Shown here: positions 27,091 to 39,128 of the stretch, one piece after another
How the letters are laid out: the number at the start of each line of letters is the position of its first letter
Numbering within the stretch: position 1 is the stretch's first letter
DNA from: Octopus sinensis
Taxonomy: Eukaryota
DNA: 64,000 nt
Direction: 5' to 3'
NCBI RefSeq assembly: GCF_006345805.1
Contig: NC_043000.1
Location: forward strand, 127,410,001-127,474,000
Notes under the pieces: generated by a model
The model's database searches: none
What the model saw: only the letters and a program-made list of their open reading frames with translations
Told to the model about the DNA's origin: nothing
Position numbers and translations under genes: made by a program

Positions 27091-27199
27091 GCTAAGAGCA
27101 AATTGTGTGTATATATAATCATTTGTGTGAATGTCTGTGTTTATGAGGATGAGTATATTTCTGTGTGTATGTCTATGTTTGTACTTGTATATGTGTATT

Positions 27200-27237
<38 letters not shown>

Positions 27238-30200
27238 TGTTTTTATGTTGATTTGTAATAGTCTAAGAGACTGAAATTTCAAAGTCACTATCAACACTCT
27301 TCTTGTAAAAGTGTAATATGCATATGTAGGTATAATCTGAGTGACAAATGTTTGGAAGCAATGATAACAAATAATGCAGATATAATCCCACATTAAAATC
27401 TTGCTGCATCCATTTAGTTGCTACCATTCAGTAGCAGAGTTGTGGCTATAATACCTATTCCTCATTATTCTAAACAGCTGTCTTCAATAATCACAGGACA
27501 CTACATACTGCCTGCATATACATTTCTTCAAATATTTTTATTTTTTTCTTCAAACAAAACAAAAAAGATCAACTTTTGCCACACAAACAATTTCACTAAG
27601 TTAATTTTAGAAGAATCAAAGGTCAAAGGTCTTATATTCCACATACAACACATGAATAACAATTTTTTTACAGTAGAGAATCAATTATCAACAAATATTG
27701 TTCAGGTTCCTAGAGGTTGCCCAGTGGTTAAAAAAAATCAAGTAGTGAATTATGTGTTTATTTCTTTATGTTATATTTTTATTTCTCTTTTTTGTTCTGT
27801 GGTTCATTGTTGTATTCAGAAGTTCCACCTTCCACTTCTTGAGAGTTTATTGAACAAGAAAGGTCTTAGACTTTGTTCACAGAATAGAATCAGTGACTCA
27901 TAAAAACGTTTAGCTTTGCTTTTCTTATGTATTTTCAAAACATGAACTGAATATAAATCTACAAAATTAATATTCTCCATTTTCTAAATTTTTTTTTATT
28001 GTTCAAGAAATGAAAAAAGGAACCTGTTTATAAAACATTCAACTTGCTAGACAAAAAACTAAATCCCCCTTAGATTGCATCCTATTAGCTTATTAAAAAA
28101 ATAGGAGGGGCATATTGGACAATGTAGTCCCTGCTATATTAAAAAATGGGATGGTCATTGCAAGGACATCTTTAATCATAAGTCTGCTCAATCAAGGCTG
28201 ATCTGAAGTTAAACAATAATAACTTCTTAATGAGATATTAGAAAAACAATGTCCACACCCCACCCCACCCCCGAAAAAAGAAATATATTGATTTCTTTTA
28301 TAGCTAAAGTCCATCATATTAAACAGAATGCTGTAGCTTACCTAAAAATACAACACAATGCTAGTGAACCAATGATGATACCTGCTAAAAGTAACAGTCA
28401 AATATCCCTCAAATCATTTCCTAACATTATCATCATTTATGCTATAATGAGATAGTGGCTTCACAGGATCCAGCAAGCTGCAGGCTGTGTCAAGTTCCAA
28501 TGTTAGCTTTGGCTTGGTTTCTACAGCTAAATGCTTTCCCTTATGCCAACCACTTTACAGTGTGTGCTGAGTTTTTTTTTCTTTTTTTGAATGCCACCAG
28601 CACTAGAGAGGTCATCAATTATCTTGCAAGACAGGAAAAGAACAGGGAAAAGGAAAAATCCCCATGGACTATGAGCGGGGAAGAGTAAATATTTGAGATG
28701 AGGAGGTGGCTTTATGCCATGTTAAAAAAAGTAAAGAAGATATTGGCTGGATAATGTAGGTCCAGATATTCCTCAAAGATGGAATGGTCATAGTTGGAAT
28801 GTTTTTGATCATAAGTCTGTCAGACCTAGGATTAAACAACCACAAAGTATTACACTGTATCATTAATGTCACTAGTTCATCTAAAGATCAAATAATCCAA
28901 GATATCATCAGTAAAAGCATTAGACAAGCAGCATTAGCTGCTACTACATAGTAGCAGGGCTGTGATTATAGCACTCAGTTCTTGTGATTATAAGGATATG
29001 GGTTCAATTTCTGAACTGGGTGGTATGTTGTGTCATTAAACAAGATATTTTATTTCACAAAACAAAGAATATGATTAAGTGTCAGTACAAGGAAAAGGAT
29101 AAAAATACTTTCAGGTTATTCTCATTGTTGGTAACAAGTGGGCCATTGAGATGTTTGCTCTGAACATCAGATTTTATTCTTTTATTCTTTTGCTTGTTTC
29201 AATCATCTAACTGCAGCCATGCTGGAGCACTGCCTTTAGTTGAAGAAATCAACCACAGGACTTATTCTTTGTAAGCCTTATGCTTATTTTATCAGTCTCT
29301 TTTGCCAAACAAACCACTAAGTTATGGGGATGTAAACACACCAACATTGGTTGTAAAGCAATGGTGGGGGAGGGGACAAACTCAGACACACATACACACA
29401 GGCACACACACACAAATATATATATATATTCGTTATAAGATCATAAATCAGAAAGAGCATACCCTAAAACAAATAGAGGAGTTGCATATTTTTTTTTGCA
29501 AAGAACAGTTATTGTTTAGAGAAATTGATTGATATTTCTAGTTCACGCTAGAAATGAAACCAATGGTATTTCTCTAAATTTATTATGTTACACATCCAAA
29601 AATAAACATATATGTGTGTGTTTATATATATATACATATATGATGGGTTTCTGTCCACCAAATCCACTCACAAGGCTTTGGTCAGCCCAAGGCTATAGTA
29701 GAAGACACTTGCCCAAAGTGCCATGCAGTGGGACTGAACCCAGAACCATGTGGTAGGGAAGCAAGCATCTTACCACAGCCACTCTAATGAATTTGAGGGC
29801 CATTGAGTAGTTGATGACTTTTAGGTAGTCTTTTATATTACAATTTCATCAATTTTTGCCTACATAAACATCTTGAAGATACGCCTTCACTATCTTTCCC
29901 TTTTTCCAGCTAAAAAAAACATGTATTCACCTCTTCAGGAAAACATTTGTTTCTGTCCCCTCTATCAGACTTTCACCTCCTTCTATACCATACTATAGCC
30001 TACTCAGTGGAAGGGTTTTGTCCTCTGAGTACTCGGTGACCTCTATAGTGCTGGTGCTATGAAAAAAGTCACCCAGTACACACTGTGAAGTGGTTAATAT
30101 TAGGAAAAGGCCTGCAGCTCTAAAACCCATGCCAAAGCAGACAGTAGAATTCAGAGCAGCCCTCTGGCTCATTAGTTCCTTCTGAATCATCCAACCCATA

Positions 30201-30409
30201 CCAGAATGGAGAAAGGGATGTTAAATGTTGATGATGATGAGGATGATAAGTATTGTCAATGATGAAAATGAGAGGGACAGGGGTACTCAAAGATATTTTT
30301 ATATGTATGATATAATATAAAGTAGCTATGAGAAAACATTAATAAAGCATCAAAAATTAGCTATAACAAAATGAAATTGCTGTCTCCTCTTGTAAATGTA
30401 TAAAACATG

Positions 30410-30975
30410 TTGGGTTGTCCGGAAAGTTCGGGCCGATTTATAGTAGCTTACCTTTCGACTCATTTTAGAACATAGTTGAGTCCATGAAATAGGATTTGAC
30501 TACACCTCCATTTAGAGCACAGTTTAAGCTATCTTTTTGTGGAAGAAGGTTTATGTTCCTATAACCTGTGTTAATTTTGTAACCCATTAAAATGGAAGAT
30601 AAAAAAGTTCATTTTTGGCACTTGATGCTTTGGAAACCAGACAAAAATTGCTGCAGATTGGCTAAGGTGTGTTACCCCATCCTCCATATTCACCAGATAT
30701 TGCTCCTTCAGATTTCCACTTATTCAGGTCTCTGCAGAATAGTCTTAATGGTAAAAATTTCAATTCCTTGGATCTTGTAAAAAGGTACTTTGATGAATTC
30801 TTTGCCATGAAACCACCTCAATTCTAGGAAGAGGGCATTTTCAAGTTAAAGGAAAGATGGAGATGCATTGTGCAACAAAATGGTTCATATTTGGTTGATT
30901 AAAAATGTAATGGGAAGTATTTATTAACCTTTTTCTTTCCTTTAAAAATCGGCATGAACTTTCCAGACAACCCAA
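30410..30975 (+). mobile_element. Internally deleted mariner (Tc1/mariner) element
   Basis: TIRs TTGGGTTGTCCGGAAAGTTCGGGCCGATTT / AAATCGGCATGAACTTTCCAGACAACCCAA with TG..TA flanks. N-terminus MEDKKVHFWHLML is fused to the C-terminus HPPYSPDIAPSDFHLFRSLQNSL...KERWRCIVQQNGSY. Confidence 0.92.
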
Positions 30976-31004
30976 TACAATACAATAAAGATTTATAAGC
31001 TTAC

Positions 31005-31325
31005 CTCATGTTCATGTAACATTGTTTGAGCATCTTCAAGTCTATCAACATAGGGTTGTTCAACAATGGCACGATGTGTCTCCTCAAGCCAATGAGATTT
31101 ACGATCTAAGTCATCACGAAATTGGAAGCATTTGGTAAATATTAGAGATTTGGAGGATATTTCAACTACACCAGGTTTAAGGTTGTTGAATTTCTCCAAT
31201 ATAATTTTCAGGTTATTGGATTCTTTCTGCAGACTTTTATCTTCGGCATCTTCAAGAAGAGTGTTCAAATTTTGGCTCAACCATTTTGATTCTTCACCAT
31301 ATTTATCCATATCTTTCTGCATTTC
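31005..31325 (-). CDS. SYNE1: Nesprin-1-like exon, last one found in window (107 codons, phase 0-0): EMQKDMDKYGEESKWL...AQTMLHEHE
   Basis: Acceptor ctctttcttCAG and donor GAG|GTAAGC; open frame in the ORF track. Confidence 0.9.
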
Positions 31326-34300
31326 CTGAAGAAAGAGCAATTAAGTGTAAATATTCAACAGAAATTTGTAAGAAGAAAAGAGAAACTATAATTTAGAATA
31401 TTCAAATAAAGAGTCACAGCATGCCATGAGACAATAGGCATGCGGAGACTACAATGCCATTCCAATTCTTAGCTGAAGCCAGTTCATTTACTTCACATTC
31501 ACCAATAATGTTCCCTTTAAAAAAAATCTTATTTGTTCAATAAGTTAAGTTTTGTATTTCTTATAGGTATGGTTGTGCAGTTAAGAAGTTTGCTTCCTAA
31601 CCATGTGGTCTCGGGTTCAATCCTTCTATATAGCACTTTGGATAAGTGTCTTCTCCTACAAGCCTTGTGAGTGGATTTCATAGATAGAAACTTAAAGAAG
31701 CCTGTCACACAAACACACACACATGTGTGTGTCTGTGTGTGTGTGTTACACTTGTTTTGACATCACTTGATTGCTGTAAACAAGCATCACTGTCACACAA
31801 GTGATGTTTTTCATTTCCAGTCTTCCATGTAAAACATATCTGGCCATGAGGAATTATTACCTTACTTGGAAACAGGCAAGAATTGGTGACAGAGTGGGCA
31901 TCCAGCAGCAGAAAATCTATCTCTATAAACTCTGTCTACCCCATGCCAGCACAAAAAAGTGGATAGTAAATGATGATGATGATGATGATGTGAGAATCTA
32001 CCTCACATTTTAGTCCATCAGGGTCACTTAATTAGAACCAATAATGCACTGAATGACTATAGGAGAAGCAAGGTGAGTACACAGACTTGGAATGAAAGAA
32101 GAGTGAAAGAAATAGAGGAAGATACAGAAAAATAACAAATTGACAGATGAACAATATTTTTGTTGTTTCTTTAACATTCACTTTTCTATGATATTGTGTC
32201 ACATTAAATGGCTGCAAATGCAGACACCTATATAAAATACTGGACTGTTTCACAGTTGGGTGATCCCCATAAAGCACTAACTACTCAAATGTGAAGAAAA
32301 TAAAAAGCAAAGAAACTAGTGCAGTAAAACAGAAAGTATTACTTTTAATATTCAAGAATGTTGTCCATGACATGTAGAACGATGTCTGTAAGACAACGTA
32401 TGGAGCCAATAACTTATGGATGAATGCTTGGCTGACCTTTAATCCAGTACATTATCTAGAATAGCATTTTGTCAAACCTCCTTAACATATATTTTGTTCT
32501 GTAACGGCTAATTTAATTTAGAATTTTTCTTTGTGAGTCAGAAGTTCAAATCCATGGTAAATATGTTTTGGTTTACTTCACTATTCAGAAAAGGTACCAG
32601 GTAATTTTATGAGTTAATTCTATCTTGTACCATTCAAAATATAAAGTTAATTGTATCTTATATCAAATAAAATATGTGTACAACCAGCCATCACTCCTGA
32701 GTGAGTATACGCTTGGTAATATGTAACAAGCTTTCACCAATTGTTCAGGTACCTGTGTAGACATGAGCAGATATAAACACCTTCTCAGCCCCACTTTACC
32801 CTTGACTGAGTGGAACAGCCTGGATGTAACAGCTGGAGTGGGAGAGACTGCCCCAACACTCAGCCAGTATTCATTTTCATTTGGGTAGATTGGAGCAATG
32901 TGAAATGAAGTGCTTTGCTCAAGGACACAATGTACCACCCTTCCAAGAACTGAACCCACCATCTAATGATAACGAATCAAATACCACTAGATCACATACT
33001 TTCACTCTATTTTTTTTTTTGCTTATCTTTTTAGTCGTTTCAGTCATTAGATTGTAGCCATGCTGGGGCACCACCCTGAAGAGATTTTAATCAAACAAAT
33101 CGACCCCAGGACCTATTTCTTTAAAGTTTGGTACTTATTCTATCGGTCTCTTTTGCCAAACTGCTAAGTTACAACTAAAAGATCGTAAACAAACCAAGCA
33201 GTGGTGGGGGGACAAACAAAGACACACGCACATAAATGAGGGGCGTTTCTTAAAAATAAATAGCAGAAATTAAATATTATTTGTTCAGAAAGGAGGAGGA
33301 ACAAGTCATCATCATCATCATTGTTTAATGTCCGTTTTCCATGATGGCATGGGTTGGATGGTTTGACTGAGGGCTGGCAATCCAAGAAGGCTGCACTAGG
33401 CTTACCCTTACCCTCATTTCAATTACTGAACCATTAACTCATATATGTACAGTTTATGAACATCTATTCCAATTCTATACACACAAACTAATGCAATTTA
33501 TAAACACAACTTTCACAATTCTATGTACAACCCAAATATACACCCATCATCATCATCATCTAATGCCGGTTGTCCATGCTGGCATGGGCTGGATGGTTTG
33601 ACTGGGTTGGCATGCCAGGGGGCTGCACCAGACTCCAGTCTGATTTGGCATGGTTTTCTATGACTGGATGCCCTTCCTAATGCCAACCACTCTGAGAGTG
33701 TAATGGGTGTTTTTACATGCCACCGGCACAGGTGCCATTTGCGTGACACCAGTATGGGTGCCAATTTGCGTGACACTGGTATCTACCATGACTGCAATTT
33801 TGCTCAGCTTGATGAATCTTCTTCTCAAGCAAGACATAATGCCAAAGGTCTTGGTCATTGCCTCCATGAGGCCCAACACTCAAAAGGAACTCAGCCACTT
33901 TGCTTCCATGAGGCCCAATGCTCATATATATATATATATATATATCATTAGCATACACATTAGTGCCAATAGAATAAAACTTAAGCACTTATCACAACCT
34001 TTCCTGATCCCAATGTCTTAACCTTTTAGTAGCCATTTCTGTTGAAATACACCACTTCTGTTTCAATTAATTTTGAAGATAATGAAAAATATAGTAAGAG
34101 GACTTTGTTATTATTAAGATGGTGCTTATAGCATAAATTTATGGAGGTTTTATTTAAATCTCTTCAAAACAGGAAATTTGCATCAAAGAACCAGAGGCAA
34201 TCCAAGCAGTGGGGTATCAAAAGGGTTAAATAAATTTATATTTTGTTTAATTTCATGTCAAAACTATTCCACAAACTCACTCCACTGTTTCTTTAGATTA

Positions 34301-34407
34301 ACCTTCCCACTCAAATCATAACCCCCATGATCCTACTGTTGATGAATTTTTCATGTATTGAATTATTTTGGCATTAAGCTGAAAACATTAAAAATTTCAA
34401 TACAAAC

Positions 34408-34516
34408 CTGAAATTCTGAATACACTTTCTGATATTCATCCTCTGGCAGGCTTTTTTTCTGCATTTCTATGAGAAGTAGTTCCATTCTGGAAATTTTCTG
34501 AGAGAACACCTCCAGT
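34408..34516 (-). CDS. SYNE1: Nesprin-1-like exon (109 nt, phase 2-0): (R)LEVFSQKISRMELLLIEMQKKSLPEDEYQKVYSEFQ
   Basis: Acceptor tcttttatcaTAG and donor CAG|GTTTGT; restores phase 0. Confidence 0.85.
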
Positions 34517-36292
34517 CTATGATAAAAGACAAAAACAGAATATGTAATTGGTCTTGTGAAGATGGAATCAGAAATATACACAAAGCCTACAAAGAATATT
34601 ATTAAACATCTAGGTACAGACATGGCTGTATGGTTACAAAGCTTGTTTCCCAGCTACATGGTTTCAAATGCAGTCCTACTGTGTTGTACTTTGGACAAGT
34701 GTCTTCTGCTATAGCCCCAAGCCAACCAATGCCTTATGGGTGGAACTTACAAGCAGAAACTGAAAGGAACCTCTCTCTCTTTCTCTCTCTCTTTGTGAGT
34801 GTGCGTGTGCATGTGTGTTTTGATATTGTGTGTTTGTTGTAACAGAATGTCATTCATTTCTAATATACTATCTCTAAACATCTCTAACCAAAAGAAAATA
34901 TTACTTTGCTTGGAAATTGGTAAGGGTTGGTGACAAGAAAGGCATCCAGCCATAGAAAAATCTGTCTCAAATGTTATCCAAGCATGAAAAAATGGAAGTT
35001 AAAGTAATGATGATGCTGGTTATTTTTCTAATGGGAAAAATATTTTGTAACAATGTTTAAAGATAGCAAACTGATAGAATTGTTCGAAAATGGATTAACA
35101 GCTCTTTCATGTTTGTTCAGGATCTCAATGATCTGAGTTCAAATCCTGACAAAGTCAACTTTGTCATGCATCTTTTCATTATCATCATCATCATCAATAA
35201 CTGATGGGAATTGCTAATGGTTGGCAGGATGTCTTGTAGAATCTCTTCTAATCTCTCTTCATTTCCTTTTGTTTTGAGTCAAAGTTCCACTTTGGAATTC
35301 AAACCTTATCAACAACCAATCACAATTAATCACCTGATCATTGAACCACAAGTGATAATGAAAATAGCTGCTGCAGTCAGATGAGGGTGATGTTGATGAT
35401 GATGACAAAGATGATGATGATGATGAAGATGATGTTTGAAATCATGATTGGCAAAAGAAATTTTCAAAATTATTGTTATTATCATTTAGCTTCAGGAATC
35501 AGCACCTAATCCAGCAGACCAATGTTCAAAGGCATTCCAGCCATGATCATTCCATCTTTTTTTCTTTTCAAAAAAAAAATTTGCCTCAGTCTACATTATC
35601 TAAAGTTCTTTTATAAGACAATAAGATGTGGTGTAATTTGACTGCTCTTTCTAACAGCTCAAACAACTACATAGAGACTCACTTAGTTCATTAGTAGCTT
35701 ACAGAAAGTAATGTTGTTAAGAATCTCTGTTATAGTTACCATATTTACTTGTGTATAAGCCACACAACTCTACACCTGAATTTAACTGGAAAAATGGGGT
35801 GTGGCTTACACACAGAGCAAAGCTAAAACTATGATGGGAAAAAAATTTTGCATTAAGATTCAACACTAAATTGAGTAAATATGATAATGATATTCATTAT
35901 AAATCTGAGAGAAAAAGAGTTGGTGAGCAAGAAAATAAGCTTTGATGGAGAAAACAAGTCTCAGAAAAGTAAAATTTTTATGAATTTTCATCACTAAAAG
36001 TCTATTTACTCAGAAAATTTCATCTATTAAATCCTAATTATGCAAGACAGAGTAATTATATTTTTATAATATGATTAGCCAGACCAATCATAAAGAATAA
36101 TTAATCATGTTGCAATAACATAAAACTTTCAAATATTCAAATAAGCAACTCTAGGCAATTTGACTTAGTGCTTCCCAACTGGGGTCCTTATGATCCTTGT
36201 GGGATCATTGTGGCATATAAGATTTTACTGTTAAAATTTATCTACAATCAATTGGTTATACCTCTACAATACACAAAAATATTTTAACATTC

Positions 36293-36774
36293 CAGTTCTA
36301 TATTTAAGAGATGAGGAATTATGTACATTATTTATATTATTTACATTCAACGGATATTTGTCCTCATCTTGTTTGTTGTTAACACGTTTTGGCTGATATA
36401 CCCTCCAGACTTCTTCAAGTGTCTTGGGGACATTTCGAACCTGGGTTCTCATTCCTAAGGTATTTTTCGATGTTATTATTGTTGTTGTTGTTGTTGTTAT
36501 TATTGTTATTGTTCAGGTCACTGCTTAGAATCGAACGCGGAATCTTGGGGTTAGTAACCCGAGATCTTAACTACTATCCCATATGCCCATTGGCATATGG
36601 CATAGTGGTATAGGCATAGGAGTGGCTGTGTGGTAAGTAGCTTACTTACCAACCACATAGTTCTGGGTTCAGTCCCACTGCATGGCACCTTGGGTAAGTG
36701 TCTTCTACTATAGCCTCAGGTCAACCAAAGCCTTGAGAGTGGATTTGGTAGACGGAAACTGAAAGAAGCCCATC

Positions 36775-36819
<45 letters not shown>

Positions 36820-37185
36820 CGTGTATATGCTTGTGTGTCTGTGTTTGACCCCCCAACATCGCCTGACAACCGATGCTGGTGTGTTTACGTCCCCGTAACT
36901 TAGCAGTTTGGCAAAAGAGACTGATAGAATAAGTACTAGGCTTACAAAGAATAAGTCCTGGGGTTGATTTGCTTGACTAAAAGCAGTGCTCCAGCATGGC
37001 CACAGTCATATGACTGAAACAAGTAAAAAGGAATAACAACATCGAAAAATACCTTAGGAATGAGAACCCAGGTTCAGAATTTCCCCAAGACACCTGAAGA
37101 AGGCTGGAGGGTATATCAGCCAAAATGTTGTGTTAACAACAAACAAGATGAGGACAAATATCCATCAAATGTAAATAATATTTTA
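36293..37185. mobile_element. Head-to-head dimer of a tRNA-headed, hammerhead-bearing element (locus 1), interrupted by a SINE
   Basis: Left arm (minus): tRNA-like head ending about 36587, (AAC/AAT)n, then tail with GACAC-TTGAAGA-A-GTCTG..CAGCC-AAAAC. Right arm (plus) tail at 37031-37185 with hammerhead fold at 37089-37134. Confidence 0.7.
36613..37030 (+). mobile_element. tRNA-derived CORE-like SINE (family A), full-length example
   Basis: A box TGGCTGTGTGGTAA, B box GGTTCAGTCCC, CORE-like CCTTGGGTAAGTGT, internal (TA)n/(GT)n, and AAGTAAAA tail. About 15 more copies or fragments are in the window. Confidence 0.85.
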
Positions 37186-38022
37186 ACAAATTTTATACAA
37201 TTCTTAATATTTAATTATAAAAATATAATAGGATTTTTTAAAACTTCAAATGGTTCTGGGGTCACCCAAGTAAAGTAGGAATCAAAGGGATCCATAGGAT
37301 GAAAATGGTTGAGAATGACTAATCTAACCCATCAAATCACACTTCTATTAATGATAATTTCATCTAAGCTGAAGAGAGTTGTAGTGACTAAGTTTGATGT
37401 GGTTTTTGGGCTATCTTCATCATCAACACTGCACAGAGCCTACAATCATCTTTTGCTCACTCAGTATCCGTACTTGTAAATAACATCATCATTGTTCAAC
37501 GTCTGTTTTCCATGCTAGCATGGGATGAACAGTTTGACAGGAGCTGGACAGCTGGAGAGCAATCCAGACAGACAATTGGAGTTTGGACAGCTATCCAGCT
37601 CCTACTTGTAAATAAGTACCATAATTTTCAGGGATGCATTTGTCATAGTGTGGAGGCACATGGCTTAGTGGTTAGAGCAGCAGACTCGCGGTCGAGGGAT
37701 CGCAGGTTCGAATCTCAGACCGGGTAATGTGTTTGTTTATGAGCAAAACACCTAAACACCACACGGCTCCAGCAGAAGGTAATGGCGAACTTCTGACTCT
37801 TTCGCCACAACTTTCTCTCACTCTTTCCTCCTGCATATAGCAGCTCCCCTTTGACGAACTAGCATCCTGTCCAGGTGGGGAACCTATACACCAAGGAAAC
37901 TAGGAAACCGGTCCTTATGAGCCGGGCGTGGCTCAAGAAGGAACAAGCAGCAATATATGTCATAGTAAGTTTCTTAGGTTGGCTCCAAATATTTGATTGT
38001 TCCATATATACAGATGTCTTAC

Positions 38023-38240
38023 CTTATGTAGTATTCTTCCCATCGTTTAGGAAGTTGTTTCAATTCCACCTGAGAAGTATTGATAACCTTGCGCAGGCTT
38101 TTCCATTCTGAGTCCACTTTGTCATATTCAGCTGTCAGAGTTTGGTTCTGGCGGTCAAGAGATGAGAAATCAAGACAGATTTGGTGCATTGCTTCCAGTT
38201 GTGCTTCATGTGAAGTGTAGAATGAGTCAGTAAAATATTT
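38023..38240 (-). CDS. SYNE1: Nesprin-1-like exon (218 nt, phase 0-2): KYFTDSFYTSHEAQLEAM...LPKRWEEYYI(R)
   Basis: Not in the ORF track. Acceptor ttgatttCAG and donor AG|GTAAGA; stop-free; phase matches the next exon. Confidence 0.88.
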
Positions 38241-38966
38241 CTGAAATCAAATGAGAATGAAAATTATTCAGGAGAATTATCAGAAATATTGATACCATTC
38301 AGTTTTAGTTTACAGAACCAGACCAATACCAAAACTGAATTTTAATTTCACTGGTGGACTTGCCAGGTAAGTAATCTGATCTGTGGCCATTGTTGAAATG
38401 AAAAGAATTACAGTCATTCAGAAACTGCTAATTTCACTTATTATATGGTGTCAACATTTTTGTCCTGCTAACTGCAGCCTGGCCACTGACACAGTTCCAG
38501 TGACCAAATCACAATCAGGGCAGTGAAAAATTGAGCGTTTAAGTGAAGTTAACAGACTTATGTGTTTTTGAATGGCTAATGTGGTCTTCCACGCTATAAT
38601 TGTTTTAAATCTTGAGAGGCTTTTGAAATCTGATGTTTAGTTTCAGTTTCATAGACAGGATATCAGTCTATGTGTACATGTAACATTCCCTGATGATCTC
38701 TATTTACTTCAGACAGAAATGAGGTAATGTAAAAAACAAAAAGGTACTGTCCAAAAACATCATGAAATGCCTGCAATAAATCTGTATGTGAGACTCTGAA
38801 TAGGTAACAGGTAATTGTATACTTTATTCCATTCAGAAACCTGATATAGACAAAGGCTGAGATACTTGTATAGCAAAATAGTCTTAGAATAAGCTGGTGA
38901 CAAATTGTAATATAGTGATTAATAAAAGTGACAAAAATTCTTTAAAAAAAAGTTGCTTTTTTTTAC

Positions 38967-39128
38967 CTTGTGTTTCTGAAGTGTTTCTGCTGCATGGTCA
39001 CCGCTGGCCAACTTTTGTTTGTTTTGTTCTATGATAACTTTTGCTTCATTAATGGAGTCATGGAAATGAGATTTTTTATAGTGAAAGTCCAAATACATTT
39101 GCCTGGCAGGAATTTGGGATTCCAGTTC
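38967..39128 (-). CDS. SYNE1: Nesprin-1-like exon (54 codons, phase 0-0): ELESQIPARQMYLDF...ETLQKHK
   Basis: Acceptor tttgttttgAAG and donor AAG|GTAAAA. Confidence 0.88.

Larger units (their letters stand above)
36166..37321. mobile_element. hAT-type MITE split by nested insertions
   Basis: Termini TAGTGCTTCCCAAC / GTTGAGAATGACTA; flanks ATTTGACT and ATCTAACC are consistent with a decayed 8-bp TSD. Confidence 0.5.

Noticed and set aside
27418-27903. 161-aa plus-strand ORF
   Set aside because: AT-rich, biased to Ile/Phe/Asn/Lys, no domain and no splice support.
28342-28381. 40-nt minus-strand segment with good AG/GTAAGC sites encoding hydrophobic GIIIGSLALCCIF
   Set aside because: Open only in phase 1-2, which is incompatible with the phase-0 donor at 31005; no partner exons found.
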